Origin: an uncultured Alphaproteobacteria bacterium
Lineage (GTDB): Bacteria; Pseudomonadota; Alphaproteobacteria; Rhizobiales; Aestuariivirgaceae
Length of the DNA: 64,000 bases
Assembly (NCBI GenBank): GCA_945957365.1
Contig: CAMFKI010000018.1
Location: forward strand, 4,300 to 68,299
Reading direction: 5' to 3'
Under the pieces are notes generated by a model. That model saw only the letters and a program-made list of their open reading frames with translations, did not search any database and was not told where the DNA came from. The position numbers were made by a program, and so were the translations under genes. This document shows, piece by piece, positions 30,686 to 40,080 of this stretch (the first letter of the stretch is position 1; each line of letters starts with the position of its first letter).

Positions 30686-33057
30686 GCCTCGTGGTCGGCC
30701 ACCACGCGGACCACGTCGACGAAGCTGTCCGGGCTGACCGAGATCGAGTCGATGCCGCAGTCGACGAGGAAGCGCGCGAATTCGGGATGGTCGCTCGGCG
30801 CCTGCCCGCACAGGCCGACCTTGGCGCCCGCCTTGTGCGCCTCGGTGATGACGTTGCGGATCATCCATTTGACCGCCGCATCCTGCTCGTCGAAGGCATG
30901 GGCGAGCTCGCTCGAATCCCGGTCGATGCCCAGCGTCAGCTGGGTGAGATCGTTGGAGCCGATGGAGAAGCCGTCGAAGCGCCTGGCGAATTCGGCCGCC
31001 AGGATGACGTTCGAGGGGATCTCGCACATGACATAGACCTGGAGTCCGTTGCGGCCGCGTTCGAGCCCTGCCGCCGCCATGGTCTCCAGCACCTTGTCGG
31101 CCTCGCCGACTGAACGGCAGAACGGGATCATGACGATGACGTTGGTGAACCCCATCTCCTCGCGCAGGCGCTTGATGGCCCGGCATTCGAGCATGAAGCC
31201 GTCGCGGTAGCGTGGCGAATAGTAGCGCGAGGCGCCGCGGAAGCCGATCATCGGGTTTTCTTCCTTGGGCTCGAATTCGGCGCCGCCCAGCAGGCTCGCA
31301 TATTCATTGGTCTTGAAGTCGCTCATGCGCACGATGACGGGGCTGGGGTGGAGTGCGGCGGCGATGCGGGCGAGCCCCTGCGACAGCTTGTCGACGAAAT
31401 ATTCCGTCTTGTCGGCATAGCCCGCGGTGAGGGCGGCGATCTCGCCCTTCGCGGCCTGATCGGTGAGCGTGTCGAATCGGACGAGCGCCATGGGATGGAT
31501 GCGGATGTGGTTCGAGACGACGAACTCCATGCGGGCAAGCCCGACGCCCGCGGCCGGCAGCCGCCACCAGCGGAAGGCGGCGGCGGGATTGGCGAGGTTG
31601 AGCATGATCCTGGTGCGCGTGGCGGGCAGGCTGCGGATGTCGATGTCCTCGCTGCTCACCTCCGCGGCACCGCCATAGACGAAGCCTTCGTCGCCCTCCG
31701 CACAGGACACCGTGACGTCCTGTTCGCCGTGCAGCACGGTGGTGGCGTTGCCGGTGCCGACGACGGCGGGAAGCCCCAGCTCGCGGCTGACGATGGCGGC
31801 GTGCGAGGTGCGTCCGCCGTGGTCGGTGACGATCGCCCGGGCGCGCTTCATCACCGGCACCCAGTCGGGATCGGTGGTCGAAGTGACGAGGATCGAACCA
31901 TCGACGAAGCTGCCGATGTCCTTCACGTCCTCGATCAGGCACACCTTGCCCTTGACGGCGGCATCGCCCACCGCGATGCCGGTGACCAGCGGCGCGCCGC
32001 CGCCCGTTACCTTGAAGCTGCGGAAGGCGAGGTTGTCGCGCCGGGCCTGAACCGTTTCGGGCCGGGCCTGGACGATGAACAGCTCGCCGGTTTCCCCGTC
32101 CTTGGCCCATTCCATGTCCATCGGGCAGCCATAATGCGCCTCGATGGCGCGGGCCCAGCCGGCGAGCTTCAGGATCTCGGCGTCGGTCAGCACCCAGGAC
32201 TGGCGCTCGAGCTTCGAGGTGGGCACGTTGCGCACCGGGCGCTCGCCGCCGGTGTCGTAGATCATCTTGATCATCTTGGCGCCGAGCTTCTTCTCGAGAA
32301 TGGGGCGGAGCTGCGGCTGCCCGAGGAAGGGCTTGAAGACGACGTAGTGATCGGGGTCGACCGCGCCCTGCACGACGTTCTCGCCCAGCCCGAAGGCGGC
32401 GTCGATCAGCACCACCTTGTCGTAGCCGGTTTCGGTATCGAGCGAGAACATGACGCCCGAACCGCCGAGGTCGGAGCGCACCATCATCTGGACGCCGACC
32501 GATAGGGCGACACTCAGATGGTCGAAGCCCTTGGCGCGGCGGTAGCTGATGGCACGGTCGGTGAACAGCGAGGCAAAGCACCGGCGGCAGGCGTTGAGCA
32601 GGGCCTCCTCGCCGCTGATGTTCAAATAGGTCTCCTGCTGGCCGGCAAAGCTGGCGTCCGGCAGGTCTTCCGCCGTGGCGCTGGAACGCACAGCCACCGC
32701 GGCGTCTGGCCGGCCCGCGGTTTCGCACAGCCTGCGGTAGCCCGCGACGATGGCGGCGGCCTGGTGCGCCGGCCATGACCCCTTGAGGATGGCGGCGCGG
32801 ATGGCGCTTCCCGTCTCGGCCAATGTCGTGGCGCCCGACTCCCAGGCGGCGAGGGCGGCGCGGATCATCGGCACCAGGTCGTTGGTGCCGAGGAAGGCGC
32901 GGTAGAGGCCTGCCGTGGTGGCGAAGCCCGGCGGCACCTGCACGCCGGCGCGCGCCAGCTGGCTGATCAGTTCGCCCAGTGACGAATTCTTGCCGCCGAC
33001 CTCGGCGACATCCTTGCGCCGGAGGTCTTCGAAGCGGATCACGGTGTTCTCGGTCAT
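30682..33057 (-). CDS. ppsA: Phosphoenolpyruvate synthase (pyruvate,water dikinase)
   Basis: VGGKNSSLGE, VRSSATAED, SFAGQQET, GGRTSHAAIVSRE phospho-His, EENPMIGFRGA, MCEIPSN, GSNDLTQ. Confidence 0.96.
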   Translation of the reverse strand: MTENTVIRFEDLRRKDVAEVGGKNSSLGELISQLARAGVQVPPGFATTAGLYRAFLGTNDLVPMIRAALAAWESGATTLAETGSAIRAAILKGSWPAHQAAAIVAGYRRLCETAGRPDAAVAVRSSATAEDLPDASFAGQQETYLNISGEEALLNACRRCFASLFTDRAISYRRAKGFDHLSVALSVGVQMMVRSDLGGSGVMFSLDTETGYDKVVLIDAAFGLGENVVQGAVDPDHYVVFKPFLGQPQLRPILEKKLGAKMIKMIYDTGGERPVRNVPTSKLERQSWVLTDAEILKLAGWARAIEAHYGCPMDMEWAKDGETGELFIVQARPETVQARRDNLAFRSFKVTGGGAPLVTGIAVGDAAVKGKVCLIEDVKDIGSFVDGSILVTSTTDPDWVPVMKRARAIVTDHGGRTSHAAIVSRELGLPAVVGTGNATTVLHGEQDVTVSCAEGDEGFVYGGAAEVSSEDIDIRSLPATRTRIMLNLANPAAAFRWWRLPAAGVGLARMEFVVSNHIRIHPMALVRFDTLTDQAAKGEIAALTAGYADKTEYFVDKLSQGLARIAAALHPSPVIVRMSDFKTNEYASLLGGAEFEPKEENPMIGFRGASRYYSPRYRDGFMLECRAIKRLREEMGFTNVIVMIPFCRSVGEADKVLETMAAAGLERGRNGLQVYVMCEIPSNVILAAEFARRFDGFSIGSNDLTQLTLGIDRDSSELAHAFDEQDAAVKWMIRNVITEAHKAGAKVGLCGQAPSDHPEFARFLVDCGIDSISVSPDSFVDVVRVVADHEA

Positions 33058-33117
33058 GGCGGCCTTCCCTGCAGGGCGTGTCGCCCCGCAGGCTAGACTG
33101 CCTGGGCCGGGCGCGTG

Positions 33118-33131
33118 CTGATCCATGTCAA
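33118..33131 (-). promoter_or_regulatory. Candidate FNR/FixK-type site upstream of ppsA
   Basis: Minus strand TTGACATGGATCAG versus TTGAT-N4-ATCAA (2 mismatches), about 60 nt upstream of ppsA start. Confidence 0.3.
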
Positions 33132-33168
33132 GAACGCCGTGGCGCGGGATGGAAAGTGCCTCCGGCGC

Positions 33169-33351
33169 CTATTTGCGCCGCTGCTCGTCCATCACGCTGC
33201 GCAACCGCGCGCGGGGCGTCTTGATGCCTTTCAGCTTTGCGGCGCGCCGGTCGCGCAGGTGGCTCCACAGCATGACGATGCCGATGACCACGCTGAACAG
33301 CGCCAGCACTTCCAGCCCATAGGAGAAAAGCAGCAGGCCCTGTTCGTTCAT
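33169..33351 (-). CDS. Small single-pass membrane protein (60 aa)
   Basis: N-terminal hydrophobic helix followed by basic tail; starts just after tadG-like stop. Confidence 0.55.
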   Translation of the reverse strand: MNEQGLLLFSYGLEVLALFSVVIGIVMLWSHLRDRRAAKLKGIKTPRARLRSVMDEQRRK

Positions 33352-33402
33352 GGCGTCAGACGAGGTTGTTGAGACCGGATGACGAGCAGTCCTGCGGCCC
33401 GA

Positions 33403-35115
33403 TCACGTAAAGGGCGTGTTGTTGGGAATGCGCCGCTTCTTCATGATGCTCGCGGCGACGTTCTGGAAGATCGCGACGAGATCGGTGAAGTTCGGGTTCG
33501 CGGCCGATGGGCAGGTGGTCTGGTTGGTCGAGTAGAACTTCGACGCATCCGACGCCAGGGCCTTCATGGTCGCGCAGGCCGTCGTCGTATACTTGCTCAT
33601 GTCGTAGGTATCGGTCTGGATCTTCGTGGGCGTCGTGGTCGTGGTGCACTTGGTCGACGTGCAGGAGGTGACGGTGGTCTGCGTGGTGATCGTCACGACC
33701 TGCTGCTTCGAGCCGTTGACGGCCGCGATGGTCGACGTGACGCCGGTCGCCAGCGGTACATCCACGCAGGGCGTGCAGGGCTTGGTCTGCGAGACGACGG
33801 TGGCCGCCGGAAGCCCGGTGGTCTTGATCACCGAGGTCACGGGCCGATCGGTAAAGCAGGAATTGCCGGAGGTGTTGTCGGCGCCGAAGGCCACCGAATA
33901 GACCCATGTGCCGTCGGCCTTGGCGGCCGCCGTGGCCGTCGCCGCGGTCTGACACTGCTGACCCTGCCGTGCGGGTTCGATGTTCCACTTCGTGTAGTAG
34001 TCGGTGCCTGTGTAGAAGGAGTTGTAGGTCGAGGAGCCGTCGATGTTCACATTCGCGTCGCCGTCGCTGAGGATGATCATCACGTTCTGGCGGGCGGGCT
34101 TGCCGGCGGCGATCAGGGCATTGTTGGCAGCCACGAGGTCATTTTCCGCCTGCGTGATCGCCGCGGTATAGAAGGTCCCCTGGCCGCCGAGGTTCGAGAC
34201 GTTGAGGCCGTTGCAGGTCGTGGAGTCCGTCGCCGTAGCACTCGATGCCGCCTTGCCCAGTGCCTTTACCAGGTCGGATGATGTGATGAGGCCACCAGTG
34301 GGAGGGCTCCCCGAGTCACGGTAGTCGGTCGAAAAGTCGAGCAGCTGGTAGTCCGGGTTGGTCGACAGCTGATAGTCGACCGTGCTGATGCTGCTCGGAG
34401 CACCCGACGCGCAGGTGAGAAGCTTGAGGCTGTTCGCGGTGACCGTGGGATATGCATAAAGCGCCACCTGGTCGAGAGAGGACCACAACGACGACAGCAG
34501 CGACTTGGCCGCCAGGATGGCGCACTGAATTCGGGTCGGGCTCGAGAGCGTTCCGCACTTGGTGCCGAGCGCGCTCCCCATCGAGGCCGTCATGTCGATG
34601 ACGATTGCCACGTTCAGCGGCGGCGGCGACGACCCGCCGCCCGTCACCAGCGCATCGGCTGACAGCGTGACAGTCTTGTAACCGAGTGCCGAGGCGAAAA
34701 ACAGCGGCGTGACCGCCGTGACGGTGACCTGGAGCACGTTGCCCCCGCTGGTGCTCTGGCAGGTCAGGCCCATGGTCTGAATGGTGGGGGCGCATCCGAT
34801 CTTGGCGGAGGAGCTGCCGGTCACCGAGGTCGAGGTCTTGCCATCCCAGTTCGAAGGCAGGTTGAGATTGGCGTATTGCGTAGCCAGGGCCTTAACGGTC
34901 GTCGCGTCCTTGGTGTAGAGGATCGATGCGCCCGCCAGCGCGCCGAGGTCGGCTGCCGTCTGCAGGCGGGTCTTCACGTAGTAGACATAGCCCACGTCGA
35001 CCGCGATGGCCGAGAGCGCGAGAATCGCCGGGATGATGATGGTGAACAGCACGAAGGCCGAGCCGCCTTCGTCCTTGCTGAAGCCGAAGAGCCTGTCGAG
35101 GATGCGCTTGATCAT
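33403..35115 (-). CDS. TadG-like pseudopilin/adhesin with vWA-like domain
   Basis: KDEGG prepilin-type N-terminus plus TM helix, LQTAADLGALAGA TadG motif, VIDMTASM MIDAS-like, ILSDGDAN; ATG overlaps tadE stop. Confidence 0.85.
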   Translation of the reverse strand: MIKRILDRLFGFSKDEGGSAFVLFTIIIPAILALSAIAVDVGYVYYVKTRLQTAADLGALAGASILYTKDATTVKALATQYANLNLPSNWDGKTSTSVTGSSSAKIGCAPTIQTMGLTCQSTSGGNVLQVTVTAVTPLFFASALGYKTVTLSADALVTGGGSSPPPLNVAIVIDMTASMGSALGTKCGTLSSPTRIQCAILAAKSLLSSLWSSLDQVALYAYPTVTANSLKLLTCASGAPSSISTVDYQLSTNPDYQLLDFSTDYRDSGSPPTGGLITSSDLVKALGKAASSATATDSTTCNGLNVSNLGGQGTFYTAAITQAENDLVAANNALIAAGKPARQNVMIILSDGDANVNIDGSSTYNSFYTGTDYYTKWNIEPARQGQQCQTAATATAAAKADGTWVYSVAFGADNTSGNSCFTDRPVTSVIKTTGLPAATVVSQTKPCTPCVDVPLATGVTSTIAAVNGSKQQVVTITTQTTVTSCTSTKCTTTTTPTKIQTDTYDMSKYTTTACATMKALASDASKFYSTNQTTCPSAANPNFTDLVAIFQNVAASIMKKRRIPNNTPFT

Positions 35116-35585
35116 TCGACCAGTCCTGTCATCGTGATCTGTATGGGGCAGGGGCTTGCGTATTTCGGAATGAAGGTCAGGGCACAGGTGTAATTGACGG
35201 CGACGCTGGCCTGGCGTCCCGCGGCGGAATCGAGCGCGGTCTTGCAGGTCGCATCGCTGGAGCAGGTCTGCAAGGTGTTGCTCGAATCCGCGACCGATAC
35301 GGTGATCTGGCTGGACGTCACGTTGAGGTTCGGCGCCCAGATGGCGAACTGGTTCTGCACGTTGGTGAATGGTGTGCTGAATCCGCGGCTGATCACGAGC
35401 TGGCGCGCCGCAGAGCCCGTGGCCGTCGACAGCGTGTGGAACTGGTACAGGGTGATGCCGTATTCGGAAATGCCGGCGATCATAAAGACCATGATGGGCA
35501 TGACGAAGGCGGCTTCGACGAAGATCGCGCCGCCGGTGTCCTTGAGGAATGTATTCCACTTGCGCAGTTTCGATTTTGCCGTCAT
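35112..35585 (-). CDS. TadE-family pseudopilin
   Basis: KDTGG|AIFVEAAFVMP (Gly cleavage site, Glu at +5), EYG...ATGSAARQ TadE motif. Confidence 0.85.
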   Translation of the reverse strand: MTAKSKLRKWNTFLKDTGGAIFVEAAFVMPIMVFMIAGISEYGITLYQFHTLSTATGSAARQLVISRGFSTPFTNVQNQFAIWAPNLNVTSSQITVSVADSSNTLQTCSSDATCKTALDSAAGRQASVAVNYTCALTFIPKYASPCPIQITMTGLVE

Positions 35586-35815
35586 CGCTGTACTCAGGTA
35601 CTGAATTTAAAACGCCAAGCAGGGCAACTCACTGCCTCGAAAAGCCGTGTAAGTTGTCGTTTCACAATTATAAAATGTAGAACCGGCGGGTCCGCGAGTC
35701 AACTTGCGAATGATATTTTAACTAAGTACCGTGACCGCGTCCGGAATCGACGGAAACGCATCCTGGGCGTGCATAATGCTCAACCGACAGGCGCTTCCCG
35801 CGCCGGTTTGGCGCG

Positions 35816-36700
35816 TCACTTCCTGTAGAGCAGGGGATTCTGGAAGCGCTGGCGGAAGGCCAGCGGGTCCTTGGGCTTCATCGTCATGGTGAGTTCGAAC
35901 TGCCAGTCCATGTCGCTGCCCAGCTTCCCGGCCAGCAGCTGGTGCGGCAGCTTCATGCCGATGCGCGCCCCGTTGCGCGGGTCGCTCGCGGCGGTGAGCT
36001 GATCGATGAGCGACGTGCAGGCGGCATGGATCTGCTCACGGTCCGCGATCGCCAGCTGCGGCACTTTGAGGGCGCGGCGGAACACCTTCACGTATTCGAG
36101 GTAGAAACTGGCGATGAGCCGCAGCTTGCCGATCGACCTGCCGCCGAAATATCGGGTGCGCAGTGCGTCGTCATGCGGAATGGCCTGGAAGGCGGCGGCG
36201 GCGACGAAGGCATCCTTCAGCCCGTGGTCATCGAGGCGCTGGTAGAGTTCGATGTCCTCCATGCCATAGCTCTTCAGCACCTCGTCATAGCCGCCCACCG
36301 CCTCGAAATGCCGGCGCGGCACGACGCAGGTTCCGCGCAGGTCGTCGCCGATCCCCTCGGCATCGACGGTGGCATAGGTGTCGGGCGTGATCACCGCGGT
36401 GATGGCGGCGATGGCCGCCGGCTGGACCAGGATGTCGGCATCGACGAAGAACAGATAGTCGGCCGTGGACTGCCGCGCCGCGATGTTGCGGGCCCGCGAC
36501 ACGTTGATGCCGGGGTCGTCATCGACCTTGACCACCCGCACGCCGGGACAATGTTCGGCGGCCCAGGCGCCGCTGTGCTCCGGACAGCCATAGTCGACGA
36601 GGGTGACGCCGACGTCGGGCAGCCTGCAGAACAGGGGAAGCGTCTGCTTCACATGGGCAAGACGGCCCTTGCTGACGGTGATCAGATCGAACTGCGGCAC
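35816..36700 (-). CDS. Family-2 glycosyltransferase (GT-A fold)
   Basis: LITVSKGR..H, LVDYGC, SRARNIAA, FFVDADI DxD, VGGYDE..YGMEDIELY. Confidence 0.85.
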   Translation of the reverse strand: MPQFDLITVSKGRLAHVKQTLPLFCRLPDVGVTLVDYGCPEHSGAWAAEHCPGVRVVKVDDDPGINVSRARNIAARQSTADYLFFVDADILVQPAAIAAITAVITPDTYATVDAEGIGDDLRGTCVVPRRHFEAVGGYDEVLKSYGMEDIELYQRLDDHGLKDAFVAAAAFQAIPHDDALRTRYFGGRSIGKLRLIASFYLEYVKVFRRALKVPQLAIADREQIHAACTSLIDQLTAASDPRNGARIGMKLPHQLLAGKLGSDMDWQFELTMTMKPKDPLAFRQRFQNPLLYRK

Positions 36701-36806
36701 GATGCGACGCTCCGGCTCATGGCATGACAGCGACCCCGCGCGATCGCGCCCACTGGCTAGAGCGGTTTCGGCGCGCGATCAAGCGGGCGTTCCCCGGCCC
36801 AGGGGA

Positions 36807-36823
36807 GTTAAGACTTTCTTAAC
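36807..36823. promoter_or_regulatory. CtrA binding site (perfect, symmetric)
   Basis: GTTAA-GACTTTC-TTAAC reads TTAA-N7-TTAAC on both strands, about 107 nt upstream of the GT2 start. Confidence 0.7.
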
Positions 36824-37018
36824 GTCTCTGCCCGAGCCTCCGGCCCAATCGCCACAGAGGGGACGTCTCGCATGGCATTGGTCGTCGGTTCGCTTCCGCT
36901 GGTCGCCTGCGCGGGGTGGTTTGCGCTGGAAACCGTGAAACACGTCCGCTATCGCGCCCGCTGCAGGGCCCGGCTGCGCCGCGCCACCGCCTGAGGCAAC
37001 AGGCCGCCGCGGCGCCGT

Positions 37019-38161
37019 CTAGGCCTGCTTCACCAGCTCCATGTATTGCGCCAGGCCCTTCACCTGGGAGAGCCAGCTGGCGAGGATCTTCGGATCCGAA
37101 GGAGCGGCATGAACGCCCGGCGTGAAAGCCTTCTTCAGCACCGACTCCACCGCGAAGGACACCGGCATCGACACGAGGCGGCCCATGGCGGTGCCGCGTT
37201 CGTCGCCCCAGGCATCCATCGCCCAGGTCTCGTGGAACACCACCTTGCCGTCGCGCTCGGCCTTGAGCGACACGAACAGGATCACCCGGTCGGGCTCGCC
37301 CGGTGCGTAGGCGTTCTCCTTCAGGAATTCATTCGCCATCTCGGCGAGGCGGGCATCGCCCGAGGGTCCCGACAGGGTCTCGATTTCCTTGAACACCGGA
37401 TCCCACGCCTTGGCCCAGCCGTTGAGGCGGATGGTGCCGCGCACGAAGTCCTTCACCTTCCAGTTCCTGTCGAAACGGTAGTCTTCCATGAAGGGATAGC
37501 TGTCGCGGTTGGGATAGACCTCGAAGCTCTCGGGCGTGGGCAGCGGCGCGTCATAGCTGGTGATGGCGTTCCACGGCCGGTCGACCTTCAGCTCCTTGAA
37601 GTCGCGCAGGCTGCGGGACGGCGAGCGCAGCGCCTTGAGAACGCCCACCGGCGCCCAGCTGAACTTGTACTTGAAGGGGTTGGCGATCTTCGGCACGCCG
37701 CCGCAATAGGAGGTGAAGCTCAGCACGTTGTCGGGGCTGTAGGCGGCCGAGGCGCGATAGCGCGCGACGAGGTCATGCGCCATCAGGTGGTCGATGCCGG
37801 GGTCGAGCCCCACCTCGTTGACCGAGACCAGGCCCTTGGCCTTGAACTCGGGGTCGAGTGCGCGCATCTCGGGCGCGATGTAGGACGACGACACGAAATT
37901 GGCATTCTTCGCCAGGCAGGCCTTGGCGATGGCCACGTGCTGGTCGGCCGGCAGCATCGAGATCGCGATGTCGCCGGGCGCCAGCGCCGCCGTCAGCGCT
38001 TCCAGCGAATAGGGGCGCACGTCGGTGGTGAGCTTGCCCACGACCTCCTGCGCCTTCGAGACGGTGCGGTTCCACACCACCACCTTGTGGCCGTTCTCCA
38101 GCAGCCGCCGCAAGCCGGGGCCGGAGGACAGGCCGGTGCCGCACCAGTGAATCGTCGTCAT
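37019..38161 (-). CDS. Saccharopine dehydrogenase (glutamate-forming, LYS9/SDH-like)
   Basis: WCGTGLSS, SMLPAD.H, FVSSSY, NEVGLDPGIDH, SYCGG, YKFSW, YPNRDS, RGTIR. Confidence 0.9.
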   Translation of the reverse strand: MTTIHWCGTGLSSGPGLRRLLENGHKVVVWNRTVSKAQEVVGKLTTDVRPYSLEALTAALAPGDIAISMLPADQHVAIAKACLAKNANFVSSSYIAPEMRALDPEFKAKGLVSVNEVGLDPGIDHLMAHDLVARYRASAAYSPDNVLSFTSYCGGVPKIANPFKYKFSWAPVGVLKALRSPSRSLRDFKELKVDRPWNAITSYDAPLPTPESFEVYPNRDSYPFMEDYRFDRNWKVKDFVRGTIRLNGWAKAWDPVFKEIETLSGPSGDARLAEMANEFLKENAYAPGEPDRVILFVSLKAERDGKVVFHETWAMDAWGDERGTAMGRLVSMPVSFAVESVLKKAFTPGVHAAPSDPKILASWLSQVKGLAQYMELVKQA

Positions 38162-38172
38162 GTCAGTCTCCG

Positions 38173-39222
38173 TCAGAGTGTCGCCGTGTGGCGGGTGAAT
38201 TCGTTGAAGGCCCGGCCCCAGACGCCGGCCTCGAGATCGGTGAGGGTGAGCAGCGATGGCAGCAGCTGCCCTGCGTAATCCTCGCTGCTTTCCACCGGCA
38301 GCAGCGAGGGCAGGTTGTCGATTGCCATGACGTCGAGCGGCGGCGAGTCCCACACCCGCAGCGCCGGCAGCAGCCAGTCGGTCGCGTGGTCATAGACCTT
38401 GATCGGCGAGAAGTCCGAGGTCGGGTCGCAGGCGATGTCGCCGATCACAGTGAGCGCGCGCTGCGCTTTCTTGGCGGAATCGGGCACGAACACCGGGCAG
38501 CCCGGCCGCGCCAGGATGCAGTTGAGGAAGATCTCGTGCTGGAGGACCTCGGGGAAGGGACCGCCCGACGCCGTTTCCGCCATGTCCCACTTGGTGACGG
38601 GAACCTTCATGGCGTCACACAGGTCGGCGGCGCCGGTTCCCACCCGCCCGAGCGCGCCGATGATGATGGCGCGCGGCCGCTGGGCTGCCGGCAGTTCCGC
38701 CTTCAGGGCATCGAGCAGCGCCTGGCGGCTGGGATATTTCTCGACCGGCCCGCACAGGAAGCCCTTCTGCTGCGCCGCCCAGGCCTTGAGCGAGATGGCC
38801 GCGCCGGCGAAGCCCGCCCAGTAGCCGAAGGCCGCGACGCGCCGGCCCGCCTCGTCGACGAGGTATTCGAGATCATACAGCGTGCCGCCGCCGGCCCTGA
38901 AGCGCTTCAGCAGCACCCGGCCTGCCGGCTGGCCCTTGTAGGCATGGCCGAACATGATGTGGCGGTGAGTGAGGGGAGTGCCATCCTCCGGCAGTTCCTT
39001 GAGGCCGAAGACGATGGCCTCGGCCGGCGCCTCGGGCCAGGAATTCTCCGGCGCGATCTCGCATCCGGCCGCGCGGTAGCCCGAGATGCCGATGGCCCTG
39101 ACGGAACTTTCCTCGACGGTCACGCGGATTCCGGCCCGGACGAGCGCTGCGGCTCCTTCGGGCGTCAGCCCGACGCGCTCCTCGTTTGCCCGCTGTTCCG
39201 CCCGCACCCAAAGATGTGTCAT
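38173..39222 (-). CDS. Lysine-ketoglutarate reductase / saccharopine dehydrogenase (lysine-forming, LYS1-like)
   Basis: LWVRAE..NEER..LTP, FGLKELP, HIMFGHAYKGQ, LYDLEYL, IGALGRVG, DIACDP, IDNLPSLLP.ESS. Confidence 0.9.
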   Translation of the reverse strand: MTHLWVRAEQRANEERVGLTPEGAAALVRAGIRVTVEESSVRAIGISGYRAAGCEIAPENSWPEAPAEAIVFGLKELPEDGTPLTHRHIMFGHAYKGQPAGRVLLKRFRAGGGTLYDLEYLVDEAGRRVAAFGYWAGFAGAAISLKAWAAQQKGFLCGPVEKYPSRQALLDALKAELPAAQRPRAIIIGALGRVGTGAADLCDAMKVPVTKWDMAETASGGPFPEVLQHEIFLNCILARPGCPVFVPDSAKKAQRALTVIGDIACDPTSDFSPIKVYDHATDWLLPALRVWDSPPLDVMAIDNLPSLLPVESSEDYAGQLLPSLLTLTDLEAGVWGRAFNEFTRHTATL

Positions 39223-39327
39223 TCCATCAACCCGGAGTTCTTGAATTCATGAGACTTTGTGCGGATATGCCCGAATCCGCGGCGGCGTGCCAGTGCCGTG
39301 TGAAGACGGCGTGGGCGGGGGGCCTGG

Positions 39328-39528
39328 CTAGAACCCCTTCCGCGGCGGAACGGGGACCAGCGGCGCAACCTCGGCTTCGCCATGCCATTGCCGCTCGATT
39401 TCGACAGCGAGGCTCTCCCATTCACGTGAGCGGCGCAGCCATTCGCCGCGCTGATCCGGAGAAATATCGGCACGCATCGCGCAGGCGGCGGCCTTGTCGC
39501 GCAAATGTTCGTGGAAATATCGGCTCAT
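39328..39528 (-). CDS. Small hypothetical protein (66 aa)
   Basis: MSRYFHEHLRDKAAAC...WLRRSREWESLA pattern typical of small alphaproteobacterial ORFs; no firm family. Confidence 0.5.
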   Translation of the reverse strand: MSRYFHEHLRDKAAACAMRADISPDQRGEWLRRSREWESLAVEIERQWHGEAEVAPLVPVPPRKGF

Positions 39529-39888
39529 GGAACTGCTTCTTGCCCTTTCAGTGGAAGGAGAAGGCCGAGCGCGATGAATTCGTTCCACGGTTGAGCGCAG
39601 TTCCCCACAGGAAATCCTGATGAACCGACCGTGGCGCCGGGCGTTTCGACCCTTACAATTTCGCGGGAAGGACCCATATTGAGGAGATCGGCCCAAGCAT
39701 CGCTGGACGGCAGCGGCGGTAAAACGAGCGGGTCGGGGCTGTGACGGCGTTGCGTTCATGTGCCTTGCGCACGTCCGGACCGTATCGACCACGCAATGGC
39801 GTGATGGGGCTGGGCAGCCGCACGCACAATCCGACCGGCAGGGATGTTTCCCGCGCCGCAATTCTTCAAGCCGCAGAAAGGACCTGTC

Positions 39889-40080
39889 ATGAGCCAACAG
39901 CTGAATTGCAAATCCACCCTGGAGAGGGCTTTCGAACTGGCCGATTCGGGCGAGATCACGTCAATGGACGGCCTGTCGCGTGCTTTGAACCAGGAAGGCT
40001 ATTCGCTCACCATGCTCACCGGCCCGCTGCTGATGAAGCAGCTCCGCAGCCGCATCGCGGCGCGCCGGCCCGAGGCATGA
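39889..40080 (+). CDS. Small conserved-looking hypothetical protein (63 aa)
   Basis: RBS gaaagga; TLERAFELADSG...L..EGY...L.G pattern; stop overlaps desaturase ATG. Confidence 0.7.
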   Translation: MSQQLNCKSTLERAFELADSGEITSMDGLSRALNQEGYSLTMLTGPLLMKQLRSRIAARRPEA

